Shown: positions 1 through 6,885, numbered from the stretch's first letter. The stretch: DNA of 24,000 nucleotides from Halobacillus andaensis (GCF_014636475.1 NZ_BMEL01000004.1:496451-520450), one strand, 5' to 3'. Made by a program: numbers and translations. The notes: generated from the letters alone by a model not told the origin.

Positions 1-338
1 ACCAGTTTCAAGAAACCTATCCTAGGTTCATAGAAATTGTCCAACTGTTAGGAGCGAGTGGAATGATTAACCTGCCCGATGAAAAACAGTTTGCCTCACC
101 TATAGGAGACGTTTTAGATCATTATTTACAGGGGTTTGAAATTAAAGGGAAAGAAAGAGTACAGCTTTTTCAACTGGCATTTGACCTCTGCATGAGCAGT
201 TTCGGGTCTCGACAAACGTTATATGAACGTTTTTTCTTCGGGGATCCTGTACGGCTTTCGCAAATGATTTATCAAACCTATGATATGGAGCCATCTATTT
301 CTTTTGTAAAAGAAATGCTAAATAAAAAGCTGACTTAA
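1..338 (+). CDS. hpaB: 4-hydroxyphenylacetate 3-monooxygenase oxygenase component, C-terminal part (5' end lies outside the window)
   Basis: The frame is open from nt 3 (QFQETYPRFIEIVQLLGASGMINLP...). The tail FGSRQTLYERFFFGDPVRL is typical of the HpaB C-terminal domain. A terminator follows directly. Confidence 0.6.
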   Translation, partial: QFQETYPRFIEIVQLLGASGMINLPDEKQFASPIGDVLDHYLQGFEIKGKERVQLFQLAFDLCMSSFGSRQTLYERFFFGDPVRLSQMIYQTYDMEPSISFVKEMLNKKLT

Positions 339-354
339 CAAAGTCAGCTTTTTT
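327..354. terminator. Bidirectional rho-independent terminator
   Basis: Perfect 10-bp stem AAGCTGACTT (327-336) / AAGTCAGCTT (341-350). A T-run follows on the + strand and TTTTATTT follows on the - strand. It sits between convergent stops at 338 and 353. Confidence 0.8.
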
Positions 355-490
355 AAATTTTTTTATTGTGATGTTTTGCCTCTTGCTCTAACTGAGAATC
401 GGGCTGCTGGTTAGCCACATCTTCTGAAAGTCCTTGACGATTAACAGTTTTTGGATTTTTGCTTTTATTGGCGTTGCTTTTCTTACTCAT
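353..490 (-). CDS. Small hydrophilic 45-aa protein, minor SASP-like (too short for the ORF track)
   Basis: My translation is MSKKSNANKSKNPKTVNRQGLSEDVANQQPDSQLEQEAKHHNKKI. AGGAGGTG lies 6 nt upstream of the ATG and a terminator is immediately downstream. The tail P-x-x-x-L-E-x-x-A-K-x-x-N resembles SspL as I remember it. Confidence 0.5.
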   Translation of the reverse strand: MSKKSNANKSKNPKTVNRQGLSEDVANQQPDSQLEQEAKHHNKKI

Positions 491-508
491 ACGTGCACCT
501 CCTGATCG

Positions 509-539
509 TAGTATGGAGTTTTAGTAGTGTAAATTATGC
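509..539 (-). promoter_or_regulatory. Candidate forespore (sigma-G/F-type) promoter for the 45-aa gene
   Basis: On the minus strand, GCATA (539-535) and CATACTA (515-509) match GHATR / CATXHTA. The spacer is 19 nt, one longer than the canonical 18. Confidence 0.3.
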
Positions 540-773
540 AAACAAGTTCAGTACTTTTATATTACCATTCATTAGAAAGAGGTTTTCAATCGTTTAAAAA
601 ACTGAGAAAATTACTGGCGGCCTATGGCGATCGAGATCATTGAATCTGTATACTCAAATCCTTCAACTAGGGTCTCTCCTTATAAATCACAATGTACGTA
701 TTTTTTACCTTCTTGCCCATGTTTATTCAGCCGTAATTTGCAAATAAATAATATAAAGAGGAGGTTATATAAT

Positions 774-986
774 ATGGAAAAAGAAGAGAGAAAATCGATT
801 GGCGATCGTAAGTATGAAGCTTCTGACTATCAGCGCGATGATGAAATATCTAAAGGGTTGGCCACGACTCATGAACAAGTTTCAGACACTTTAACGGAAG
901 GCACTTATGACGCTAAGGTTGATCAATTGGACAAGGATGGTCACTTAGTAACTCATAAAGGAAAAGAAATAAATAAACGTAAATAA
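774..986 (+). CDS. Small hydrophilic 70-aa protein of unknown function, possibly spore-associated
   Basis: AGAGGAGG precedes the ATG at 774 by 9 nt. Sequence begins MEKEERKSIGDRKYEASDY...TTHEQVSDTLTEGTYDAKV. The track start at 624 has no RBS and encodes a low-complexity, Cys-rich stretch. Confidence 0.55.
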   Translation: MEKEERKSIGDRKYEASDYQRDDEISKGLATTHEQVSDTLTEGTYDAKVDQLDKDGHLVTHKGKEINKRK

Positions 987-988
987 TA

Positions 989-1026
989 AAAACCCCGCTG
1001 CTTATTGAGCAACGGGGTTTCTGTTT
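989..1026. terminator. Bidirectional terminator between convergent genes
   Basis: Stem AACCCCG (991-997) / CGGGGTT (1013-1019) with inner pairs, flanked by A-run and T-run. The stop codon of the minus gene lies in the loop. Confidence 0.7.
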
Positions 1027-1394
1027 TCTTTGTAATGAGTAAGAAGCTGGTCTACATCTTTTAATTGTTCTGTATAATGAGTGAAATCCTCTTTAGCGTG
1101 AAGGTCTAATGAGCGATTGATCTTATACTCAATATAATTTTTTTGTAAGACTAAGTCGTCATATGTTGTTACATAGCCAGAGAGATAATATTCTTCTAAT
1201 TTGTCTGATGCCATATGGAACGTATTTGTGCTACTGGCCAAAGGAATGTACCAACCGACTGGATCTAAATAATGAGGCGATCCGTTTAACATAATCGTGT
1301 CGTATTTTTTAAATGTAAGTGTTTGTTTTAATTTAGAGTAGGCTGCATGTTGTATATGATCAAATGGTTGCGTAACGATAAGGGGCTGAGTCAT
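1002..1394 (-). CDS. Hypothetical 130-aa protein, predicted Fur-repressed
   Basis: ATG at 1394 (MTQPLIVTQPFDHIQ...) lies 9 nt after GAGGTG. The track start at 1406 is the GTG inside that RBS. I recognise no family. Confidence 0.75.
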   Translation of the reverse strand: MTQPLIVTQPFDHIQHAAYSKLKQTLTFKKYDTIMLNGSPHYLDPVGWYIPLASSTNTFHMASDKLEEYYLSGYVTTYDDLVLQKNYIEYKINRSLDLHAKEDFTHYTEQLKDVDQLLTHYKENRNPVAQ

Positions 1395-1427
1395 AAAAAT
1401 TTTCACCTCTTTAGCAGGATTTATCTC

Positions 1428-1457
1428 ATTTTAATTGATAATGATTATCAGTGTCAA
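1428..1457 (-). promoter_or_regulatory. Sigma-A promoter: TTGACA, 18-nt spacer, TAAAAT
   Basis: The minus strand reads cTTGACActgataatcattatcaatTAAAATgag. The -35 is at 1457-1452 and the -10 at 1433-1428. Confidence 0.6.
1436..1450. promoter_or_regulatory. Fur box (7-1-7 motif)
   Basis: TGATAATGATTATCA matches the Bacillus Fur 7-1-7 consensus TGATAATNATTATCA exactly. It differs from the PerR (TTATAAT...) and Zur (TCGTAAT...) variants. It lies inside the promoter spacer. Confidence 0.8.
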
Positions 1458-1531
1458 GAGGTTTGAGAACGAGTCGGTTTATAGAAATGTACTAAACTAT
1501 GCATAAGCAGCGGTAGAAGGGAGACATTCTA

Positions 1532-1630
1532 TTGACAAAACCTGAAGTTTTAATTGTAGAGGATGAAGAAAGAATTGCGCGGGTTTTACAGCTTCACGTT
1601 AAATTTCTTCTCGTCGTTTTTCCCTTCTGA
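1532..1630 (+). pseudogene. Remnant of an OmpR-family response regulator (receiver N-terminus only)
   Basis: AAGGGAG RBS followed by TTG. LTKPEVLIVEDEERIARVLQL is a textbook receiver-domain start. After nt 1594 the reading continues as HVKFLLVVFPF* with no receiver similarity. Confidence 0.5.
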
Positions 1631-1917
1631 AGTGATGGAAGTGAATGCACCGTTTTGTACCTTTAATAGCAACATCTTTGATCTCTTCCTCACTTAATGA
1701 TTCTTCTTTATTTTCCTTAATGGAGGAAACCTGTTCTAAGTGGATGACAACGGCAGTCTGTCTATTGAAGGAGATAGGAAGTTCATAAATACGAATGGGG
1801 TCATAAAAGTCCTGCTAATAATAGTGATGATGGTTTATTATCCTCTCTTTGACGTAACTTTGAGGATAGTTTTCACCTCTTCTTCAAATGATAATGAAGA
1901 AGAAGGAGGAAGAATGA

Positions 1918-2070
1918 ATGACTAAAAGAAGAAAAGGTCCAAAACAAAAAGATCAACCCAATTTACCTCAGAGTCCTAAACAAGGTTATGGAGAGAAATT
2001 AGATGGATCACATCAAGTAAAGCAAGATAATCATAGCCGTCAAAATCAACATTCCTCACATGACTTATAG
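1918..2070 (+). CDS. sspP: Small acid-soluble spore protein P
   Basis: 50 aa: MTKRRKGPKQKDQPNLPQSPKQGYGEKLDGSHQVKQDNHSRQNQHSSHDL. The C-terminal half aligns with B. subtilis SspP (...[21 protein letters not shown]). A GGAGG RBS precedes it and a terminator follows. Confidence 0.85.
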   Translation: MTKRRKGPKQKDQPNLPQSPKQGYGEKLDGSHQVKQDNHSRQNQHSSHDL

Positions 2071-2077
2071 AAAGACA

Positions 2078-2110
2078 AAACCGTCAGCGTCCCACGTTGG
2101 CGGTTTTATC
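2078..2110 (+). terminator. sspP terminator
   Basis: 13-bp stem AAACCGTCAGCGT / ACGTTGGCGGTTT (two G-U pairs), CCC loop, then TTTTATCTTT. Confidence 0.7.
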
Positions 2111-2115
2111 TTTCT

Positions 2116-2245
2116 CATCAACTTGAACGTGATGATGGTCATTACGAAATTGAGTTTGAAGACGGAGATATTGAATATGAAGTGAAAGTTCATGAAAAAA
2201 ATTGGAAAAACTATTGAATTTGAGAAAGACGAAGACGATGATTAA
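2116..2245 (+). pseudogene. PepSY-domain gene remnant (5'-truncated, frameshifted)
   Basis: HQLERDDGHYEIEFEDGDIEYEVKVHEK changes frame in the A7 run at 2194-2200 and continues as GKTIEFEKDEDDD*. There is no start codon. The upstream in-frame codon is the sspP stop. Confidence 0.5.
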
Positions 2246-2248
2246 AGA

Positions 2249-2275
2249 GGGCTGCCTCTGTGCAGTCTTTTTTTA
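2249..2275 (+). terminator. Retained terminator after the PepSY remnant
   Basis: Stem GGCTGC / GCAGTC followed by a T7 run. Confidence 0.45.
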
Positions 2276-2349
2276 CTTTAAATATTAGTTAATGGTAGGA
2301 AAATTTTGATATAATAAAAATAAACACGAACTCTATAGAGGGGATGACC

Positions 2350-2955
2350 ATGAAAACAAAGAGCATTGCTGAACTGACTCAGGGTGTTTGGCTTGTGGAT
2401 CAAAAAGTGAAAGAATTTCCTGAAGAGTTTTCATTAATCGGGCAGGGCAGAAGTGCAGCAGTCTTTAAACTGGAGGGTGCACGCACATTAGCAGTGAAGG
2501 TGTTTTATCCAGCTTATAAAGAACTTGCACATAAAGAAGCGGATATATATTCTAAGCTAGAAAATCATGTGTATTACCCTGAGCTCATTGAAGTGGGGGA
2601 AGGGTACTTAGTTCTTGAGTACTTAAATGGAATTACTTTTTATGACTGTCTTGTGAACGGAGTGCCGATTACACCAAGTATGGTGGCGATGGTCGATGAG
2701 GCTTTAAATTATGCACGAGAGTGTGGATTGAATCCCTCTGATACTCATTTGAAAAATATTATTTTAACCAAAGATCATAAAATAAAAGTGATTGATGTTG
2801 TTCGATTTACCCAGTCCGAAGAATGCCCGCATTGGTCGGATTTGAAAAAAGCGTATTATAGTTATTATTTAAAGCGTTACTTTCCTAAACGCTTTGCTCC
2901 TTTATTTATTGAATTAATTATACGCCTATATCGAAAACGTTTGTTACCTATTTAA
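2350..2955 (+). CDS. Minimal protein-kinase-like fold protein (about 200 aa, RIO/Bud32-sized)
   Basis: Motifs present: Gly-loop IGQGRSAAVF, AVKVF lysine, E in KEADIY, catalytic-loop-like SDTHLKN (D-x4-N), and KVIDVV as a DFG equivalent. GAGGGG lies 6 nt before the ATG at 2350. The ATG at 2344 abuts the RBS. Confidence 0.7.
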   Translation: MKTKSIAELTQGVWLVDQKVKEFPEEFSLIGQGRSAAVFKLEGARTLAVKVFYPAYKELAHKEADIYSKLENHVYYPELIEVGEGYLVLEYLNGITFYDCLVNGVPITPSMVAMVDEALNYARECGLNPSDTHLKNIILTKDHKIKVIDVVRFTQSEECPHWSDLKKAYYSYYLKRYFPKRFAPLFIELIIRLYRKRLLPI

Positions 2956-3022
2956 ACCTATTCCTACGTTTTACCATTTCTCATCCTGGGAATCGGTAAG
3001 AAAAGGAAAGGTGGGAAATCAG

Positions 3023-3262
3023 ATGTCACAATATCGTCTAAGTAATGTGGAAGTAGGGAAAAATTATACGGCGAAGGAACTCGATAGTTTTGTGAGTACA
3101 ACGGATGTCGTATTGCTCGCTAATAATGAATCTCAACTTTTTACAGACCCAGAACGTGAATATAAAGTAACCGATGTATTTGAAGGGTTCTTTGAGCACT
3201 CTTCTGACAATGGTGAGAAATACTTTCGTGAAAAGAAAGCATTCGTCGTTGAAAAAGTTTAA
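3023..3262 (+). CDS. Hypothetical 79-aa protein
   Basis: ATG at 3023 follows GAAAGGTGGG. The track start at 3011 is the GTG inside that RBS. A strong terminator follows. Confidence 0.6.
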   Translation: MSQYRLSNVEVGKNYTAKELDSFVSTTDVVLLANNESQLFTDPEREYKVTDVFEGFFEHSSDNGEKYFREKKAFVVEKV

Positions 3263-3269
3263 TCTTTAA

Positions 3270-3303
3270 AAAAACTGTCGAGAAAGTTCTCGACAGTTTT
3301 TTT
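3270..3303 (+). terminator. Rho-independent terminator
   Basis: Stem CTGTCGAGA / TCTCGACAG followed by a T7 run. Confidence 0.85.
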
Positions 3304-3339
3304 ATCTTTTTATCTCGGACCCCTATAAAATGTAAGACG

Positions 3340-3630
3340 TGTACTCTTTAACCGCTGTGCACCCCAAAAAACAAAAGCATTAAAAAACAGTGACCCGCCA
3401 TGGGAAAGGGACAAAGAACAGGTTCGTTTGTACCAGCTTTCCATTGAAGGTAAGTGGATTTATCGAATTAGAAAAAAACGTTGTGCGTAGCTTCGGAGGT
3501 TCTAAAGAACTGCATGGCTGCATTATTGTCGTTTGCGCGGGAAAACGGGCGATCCGAGACCCCGGAGCGCGGGTTTTCGCCCGAACGTCCATTCAAAAAC
3601 TCCCGGAGATAACGGGAGTTTTTTTGTTTT
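3340..3630 (+). ncRNA. Candidate orphan structured RNA (class unknown, strand tentative)
   Basis: GC-rich island in an AT-rich intergenic region. Stop-free nonsense ORFs occur on both strands. A nested extended hairpin spans 3399-3447. Segments GCGCGGGAAAACGGGCG and GCGCGGGTTTTCGCCCG are paired repeats. It ends at its own terminator with a T7 run on the + strand. No CDS lies between the two terminators. Confidence 0.35.
3595..3630. terminator. Bidirectional terminator (GC-rich island on + strand, trmB-like gene on - strand)
   Basis: Stem CTCCCG (3600-3605) / CGGGAG (3613-3618), with AAAAA upstream and TTTTTTTGTTTT downstream. Confidence 0.8.
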
Positions 3631-4387
3631 AATACCTTAATTTCATTAAAATCTCCTTAATCTCTTCGTCTTCCATCAAGGTCTTTTCATATTTTTTCGT
3701 GATTTCAGTTAAAGCTACATCGTGCTGGAAGAATTCAGTGAAAAATTTTACAAGCGGCTTGGACTTTGTCGTAATACCTTGCCAAAGCTCTTGTTCCACC
3801 CCTGCAAAAATGATTTCCTCCTCATCGATGATGACAAGCTGATATTGTTCTAATGCTTCATGACCTTCGTCTGGGTATAGAATATGAATATGTTTTAAAT
3901 CTGTATGGATGGAACCTACGGATAACATTTCTACCTTAATTCCATTTTTACTTTTAAGTTCCAGTATAGGAATAAGAGACTGTATATCTTCATTCCAGCC
4001 CGATAAAAAAATGGAACGAGTGGCTTGCTGGACTTTTTGATGTAACAGCGAGTGGATACTTTGTTTATTTTGTAGGGACCATACTTGTTCATCCGAAGGC
4101 GGAAGGGTGTATTTTCTTTCTTTTAATTCGTTAATGTGAGTTTCAAACTCTAAGGTCAATTTTTCGATCGTCGTATCTAAAGGAAGCGCATTATAGAATT
4201 TCTTTTTTTGCTGATGTGAAGTGAGAAGCAATCCTTTTTCTACGAGTCTGCTCAACACTTCATACACTTTAGACTTTGGAACGCCTGAATACTTTACAAT
4301 TGTAGTGGCATCCAATGGCTCTTGACTCCCTGTCAACGCCTCAAAAACCTGACTTTCATATTGGGTAAACCCAAATTTTTGCAACAT
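3629..4387 (-). CDS. TrmB-family transcriptional regulator
   Basis: The N-terminus FGFTQYESQVFEALTG...ATTIVKYSGVPKSKVYEVLSRLVEKGLL is the TrmB winged-helix domain. RBS is GGAAGGAAG. Confidence 0.85.
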   Translation of the reverse strand: MLQKFGFTQYESQVFEALTGSQEPLDATTIVKYSGVPKSKVYEVLSRLVEKGLLLTSHQQKKKFYNALPLDTTIEKLTLEFETHINELKERKYTLPPSDEQVWSLQNKQSIHSLLHQKVQQATRSIFLSGWNEDIQSLIPILELKSKNGIKVEMLSVGSIHTDLKHIHILYPDEGHEALEQYQLVIIDEEEIIFAGVEQELWQGITTKSKPLVKFFTEFFQHDVALTEITKKYEKTLMEDEEIKEILMKLRY

Positions 4388-4474
4388 GTTGTCTTCTTCC
4401 TTCCCTCAGCTGATAACTCTAGAATACAATGAGAATTTCCTAACGTAAAATGGTTGTTTTTCTTTTGTTATAAG

Positions 4475-4494
4475 GTTACCATTGTAGTGGTAAC
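4475..4494. promoter_or_regulatory. Inverted repeat, candidate operator in the trmB/MFS divergent region
   Basis: GTTACCA-ttgtag-TGGTAAC: 7-bp perfect arms, 23 nt upstream of the MFS start codon. Confidence 0.3.
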
Positions 4495-4516
4495 TTTTAA
4501 AAGGGAGAAAAGATAA

Positions 4517-5683
4517 ATGAATAAAAAAGTTTATATGTTAGCGATTGTTTCGTTTGTAGTAGGGACAGTCGAGTTAATCATTGGAGGAACACTTGATTTA
4601 ATAGCAGGGGATTTAAACGTTTCATTGGGGCAGGCAGGTCTTCTTATTACAATCTTCTCACTTGTGTTTGCGATAGCCTCACCTATTTTATTAACCGTGA
4701 CGGCTAAATACGAAAGAAAAAAATTGACGCTTGTATCTTTGTTTGTGTTTTTCTTAGGAAATTTATTAGCTTTTTGGAGTCCAACGTATTTCGTCATTTT
4801 ATTAGCAAGGATCATATCTGCAGCCAGTGGTTCGTTATTAGTTGTTTTGGGAATCACCATAGCGTCTTCAATTGTAAAAAAAGAGTTTCAAGCACGTGCT
4901 ATTGGAATCATTTACATGGGGATTAGCGGGTCACTAGTATTAGGAGTGCCGATCGGATTAACGTTAAGCAATGCTTTTGGATGGCGATCACCATTTTTGC
5001 TCGTTGCTATCTTAACTCTTGCTTCTATGGTAGTAGTAGCTTTCTCATTAGAAAAAATTGAGCCCAAACCAGCATTACCTATTAAAGAGCAGATTCGTAC
5101 ATTGAAAGACAGCAAAATATTTTCTGCCCAACTTACTTCCTTTCTATTCCTAACTGGCCATTTAACACTTTATGCGTATTTAACACCTTTTCTAAAAACG
5201 ATGTTAGGTTTAAATGGTACCTGGGTAAGTATTGTTTATTTTATATTTGGTGTAGCCGCAGTGCTAGGTGGTGGTATCGGAGGTCTTATATCTGATAGAT
5301 GGGGATCGGAACGCAGTATTATAGCCATAATTGGCTCTTTTGCTATTGCGATATTCCTTATCCCATTTGTAACATTTTCCTTTCCCCTATTCTTAATTAT
5401 TATGGTTGTTTGGAGTATGTTAAGTTGGGCGATAACTCCTGCTCAGCAAAGTTATCTGATCACATCAGCACCAGAAACGTCTGATATTCAACAAAGTCTA
5501 AATAATTCTGCACTTCATTTTGGTATTGCCATGGGATCTACAGTAGGGGCCGTCGTCATTGAACAAGCCTCTGTTATCCACAATGCTTCCGTAGGCGGAT
5601 TGTTTGTGTTAGTTGCGTTAATTACCGCCTTTTTCTCTATTACAAGAAACCGCACGATTACAGCATCAGAAAGCTCAGTTTAA
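4517..5683 (+). CDS. MFS transporter, PbuE/YdhL-like efflux family (12 predicted TM segments)
   Basis: Hydrophobic throughout. The N-terminus LAIVSFVVGTVELIIGGTLDLIAGDLNVSLGQAGLLITIFSL resembles B. subtilis PbuE. Confidence 0.85.
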   Translation: MNKKVYMLAIVSFVVGTVELIIGGTLDLIAGDLNVSLGQAGLLITIFSLVFAIASPILLTVTAKYERKKLTLVSLFVFFLGNLLAFWSPTYFVILLARIISAASGSLLVVLGITIASSIVKKEFQARAIGIIYMGISGSLVLGVPIGLTLSNAFGWRSPFLLVAILTLASMVVVAFSLEKIEPKPALPIKEQIRTLKDSKIFSAQLTSFLFLTGHLTLYAYLTPFLKTMLGLNGTWVSIVYFIFGVAAVLGGGIGGLISDRWGSERSIIAIIGSFAIAIFLIPFVTFSFPLFLIIMVVWSMLSWAITPAQQSYLITSAPETSDIQQSLNNSALHFGIAMGSTVGAVVIEQASVIHNASVGGLFVLVALITAFFSITRNRTITASESSV

Positions 5684-5687
5684 GTTC

Positions 5688-5735
5688 AAGATCACACCTC
5701 TTTACCCAATTATTGGAAGGGTGTGGTCTTATTCA
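5688..5735 (+). terminator. Probable terminator of the MFS gene
   Basis: Stem AGATCACACC...GGGTGTGGTCT of about 10 bp, followed by a T-rich tail. Confidence 0.5.
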
Positions 5736-5798
5736 TTAAATTTTATGAAAGGGGTTGCAATTGTTAGAAAATTGGTTTAATGTTGTTTACAAGTTGAT

Positions 5799-5812
5799 CC
5801 GAAACGTTTTGG
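5799..5812. promoter_or_regulatory. LacI-family operator O1 (autoregulatory)
   Basis: CCGAAACGTTTTGG overlaps the GGAGG RBS of the LacI-family gene. The 14-mer is identical to O3. Confidence 0.6.
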
Positions 5813-5821
5813 AGGCGTGCT

Positions 5822-6835
5822 ATGACTACAATCAAACATATAGCCAAACAGGCTGGAGTATCAGTTACAACAGTCTCTCGCGCTTTAAATGGCTATTCAG
5901 ACGTGAATGCAAAAACACGTAAGAAGATAGAAGATGTAGCGAAAGAGTTAAATTACAGCCCGAACTCTCTAGCTAGAAGCTTAGTTAAAAATCAATCCGA
6001 AACGATCGGTTTGCTCGTATCTGGTTTTACGAAAGAAAGTGTGAAAGATGGATTTACAGTAGAAGTCATGTCAGGCATTAATAATTTTGTTGCTGAAACA
6101 AAATATGACTTAGTGTTATTTAACACAGATTCTTCGAAGCAGCGAAAGAAGACCTATACTCAGCTTTGTAAAGAGAGGCGGGTAGATGGGGTTATACTTC
6201 AAGGGATAAAAACCGACGACCCATATTTGGAAGAAGTAATGGAATCAGATATTCCATGTGTTTTTATTGATATTCCTGTAAGTTCTGACCATGTAGGTTA
6301 TGTATCGACGGATAACAAAGAAGGAGCAAGAGTGGCGGTTAATCATTTAATCGAACTCGGTCATCGTAAAATAGCCATGGTTAATGGACATGAACAAGCT
6401 TTTGTAAGTAAAGAAAGATTAGAGGGATATAAGCTAGCCCTACAACAAAATAACATTCAATTTATAGCTGAGTATGTAAAGAACGGTTCGTTCATAGAAG
6501 AAGAAGCCTATAAGCAAACGTTAGCTTTGCTAAAAGAACAACCAGATATCACAAGTATATTTTGTGCAAGTGATTTAATGGCTATAGGGTCCATAGAAGC
6601 TGCTAAAGAATTGAATTATAAGATTCCTGAAGATTTATCCATTATTGGCTATGATGATATTCCATTATCAAGCTACATTTCACCAGCCTTAACTACAGTT
6701 TCGCAAAATAAATACGATTTAGGCTATAATGCTGCTCGGATGCTTACGAATATGCTTAAGCATCACCAGCCGCCTGAAAGATGCATTTTAGAAACTGAAC
6801 TTAAAATCAGGCAATCAACATCTATTCGCTTATAA
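5822..6835 (+). CDS. LacI-family transcriptional regulator
   Basis: HTH segment TIKHIAKQAGVSVTTVSRALNG followed by a periplasmic-binding-protein-like sugar-binding core. Confidence 0.9.
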   Translation: MTTIKHIAKQAGVSVTTVSRALNGYSDVNAKTRKKIEDVAKELNYSPNSLARSLVKNQSETIGLLVSGFTKESVKDGFTVEVMSGINNFVAETKYDLVLFNTDSSKQRKKTYTQLCKERRVDGVILQGIKTDDPYLEEVMESDIPCVFIDIPVSSDHVGYVSTDNKEGARVAVNHLIELGHRKIAMVNGHEQAFVSKERLEGYKLALQQNNIQFIAEYVKNGSFIEEEAYKQTLALLKEQPDITSIFCASDLMAIGSIEAAKELNYKIPEDLSIIGYDDIPLSSYISPALTTVSQNKYDLGYNAARMLTNMLKHHQPPERCILETELKIRQSTSIRL

Positions 6836-6850
6836 AATTTTTTTAACCAA

Positions 6851-6868
6851 ACCCGAAACGTTTCGGGT
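6851..6868. promoter_or_regulatory. LacI-family operator O2
   Basis: ACCCGAAACGTTTCGGGT is a perfect 18-bp palindrome with a central CG. Confidence 0.65.
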
Positions 6869-6885
6869 GAATTTTAAAATACTTT

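Noticed and set aside
624-773. N-terminal 50 codons of the 120-aa track ORF
   Set aside because: No RBS precedes 624. A strong AGAGGAGG lies before the internal ATG at 774, and the upstream translation looks non-protein-like.
1850-1917. Sigma-G promoter for sspP
   Set aside because: No acceptable GHATR-18-CATXHTA match is present. GGATA breaks the H position and there is no CAT -10. No sspO gene lies upstream either.
1740-1925. 61-aa + strand ORF upstream of sspP
   Set aside because: It has no RBS and an implausible sequence. It ends by overlapping the sspP RBS and start, and it lies within the decayed interval.
3380-3632. Track ORFs of 70 aa (- strand) and 80 aa (+ strand) overlapping each other
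   Set aside because: Neither has an RBS. The translations are low-complexity and rich in Arg, Pro and Cys, as expected for GC-rich non-coding sequence. I interpret the region as a candidate RNA or relic.
4531-5484. ORFs 4531-4860 (-), 4912-5115 (-) and 5299-5484 (+) inside the MFS gene
   Set aside because: These are shadow or alternate frames of a well-supported transporter CDS, and none has an RBS.
6851-6868. The 18-bp palindrome as a terminator of the LacI-family gene
   Set aside because: As a hairpin it would have a 2-4 nt loop and no T-run. The same core recurs at 5799 and 6886 in operator-like positions, so a protein-binding site is the better reading.
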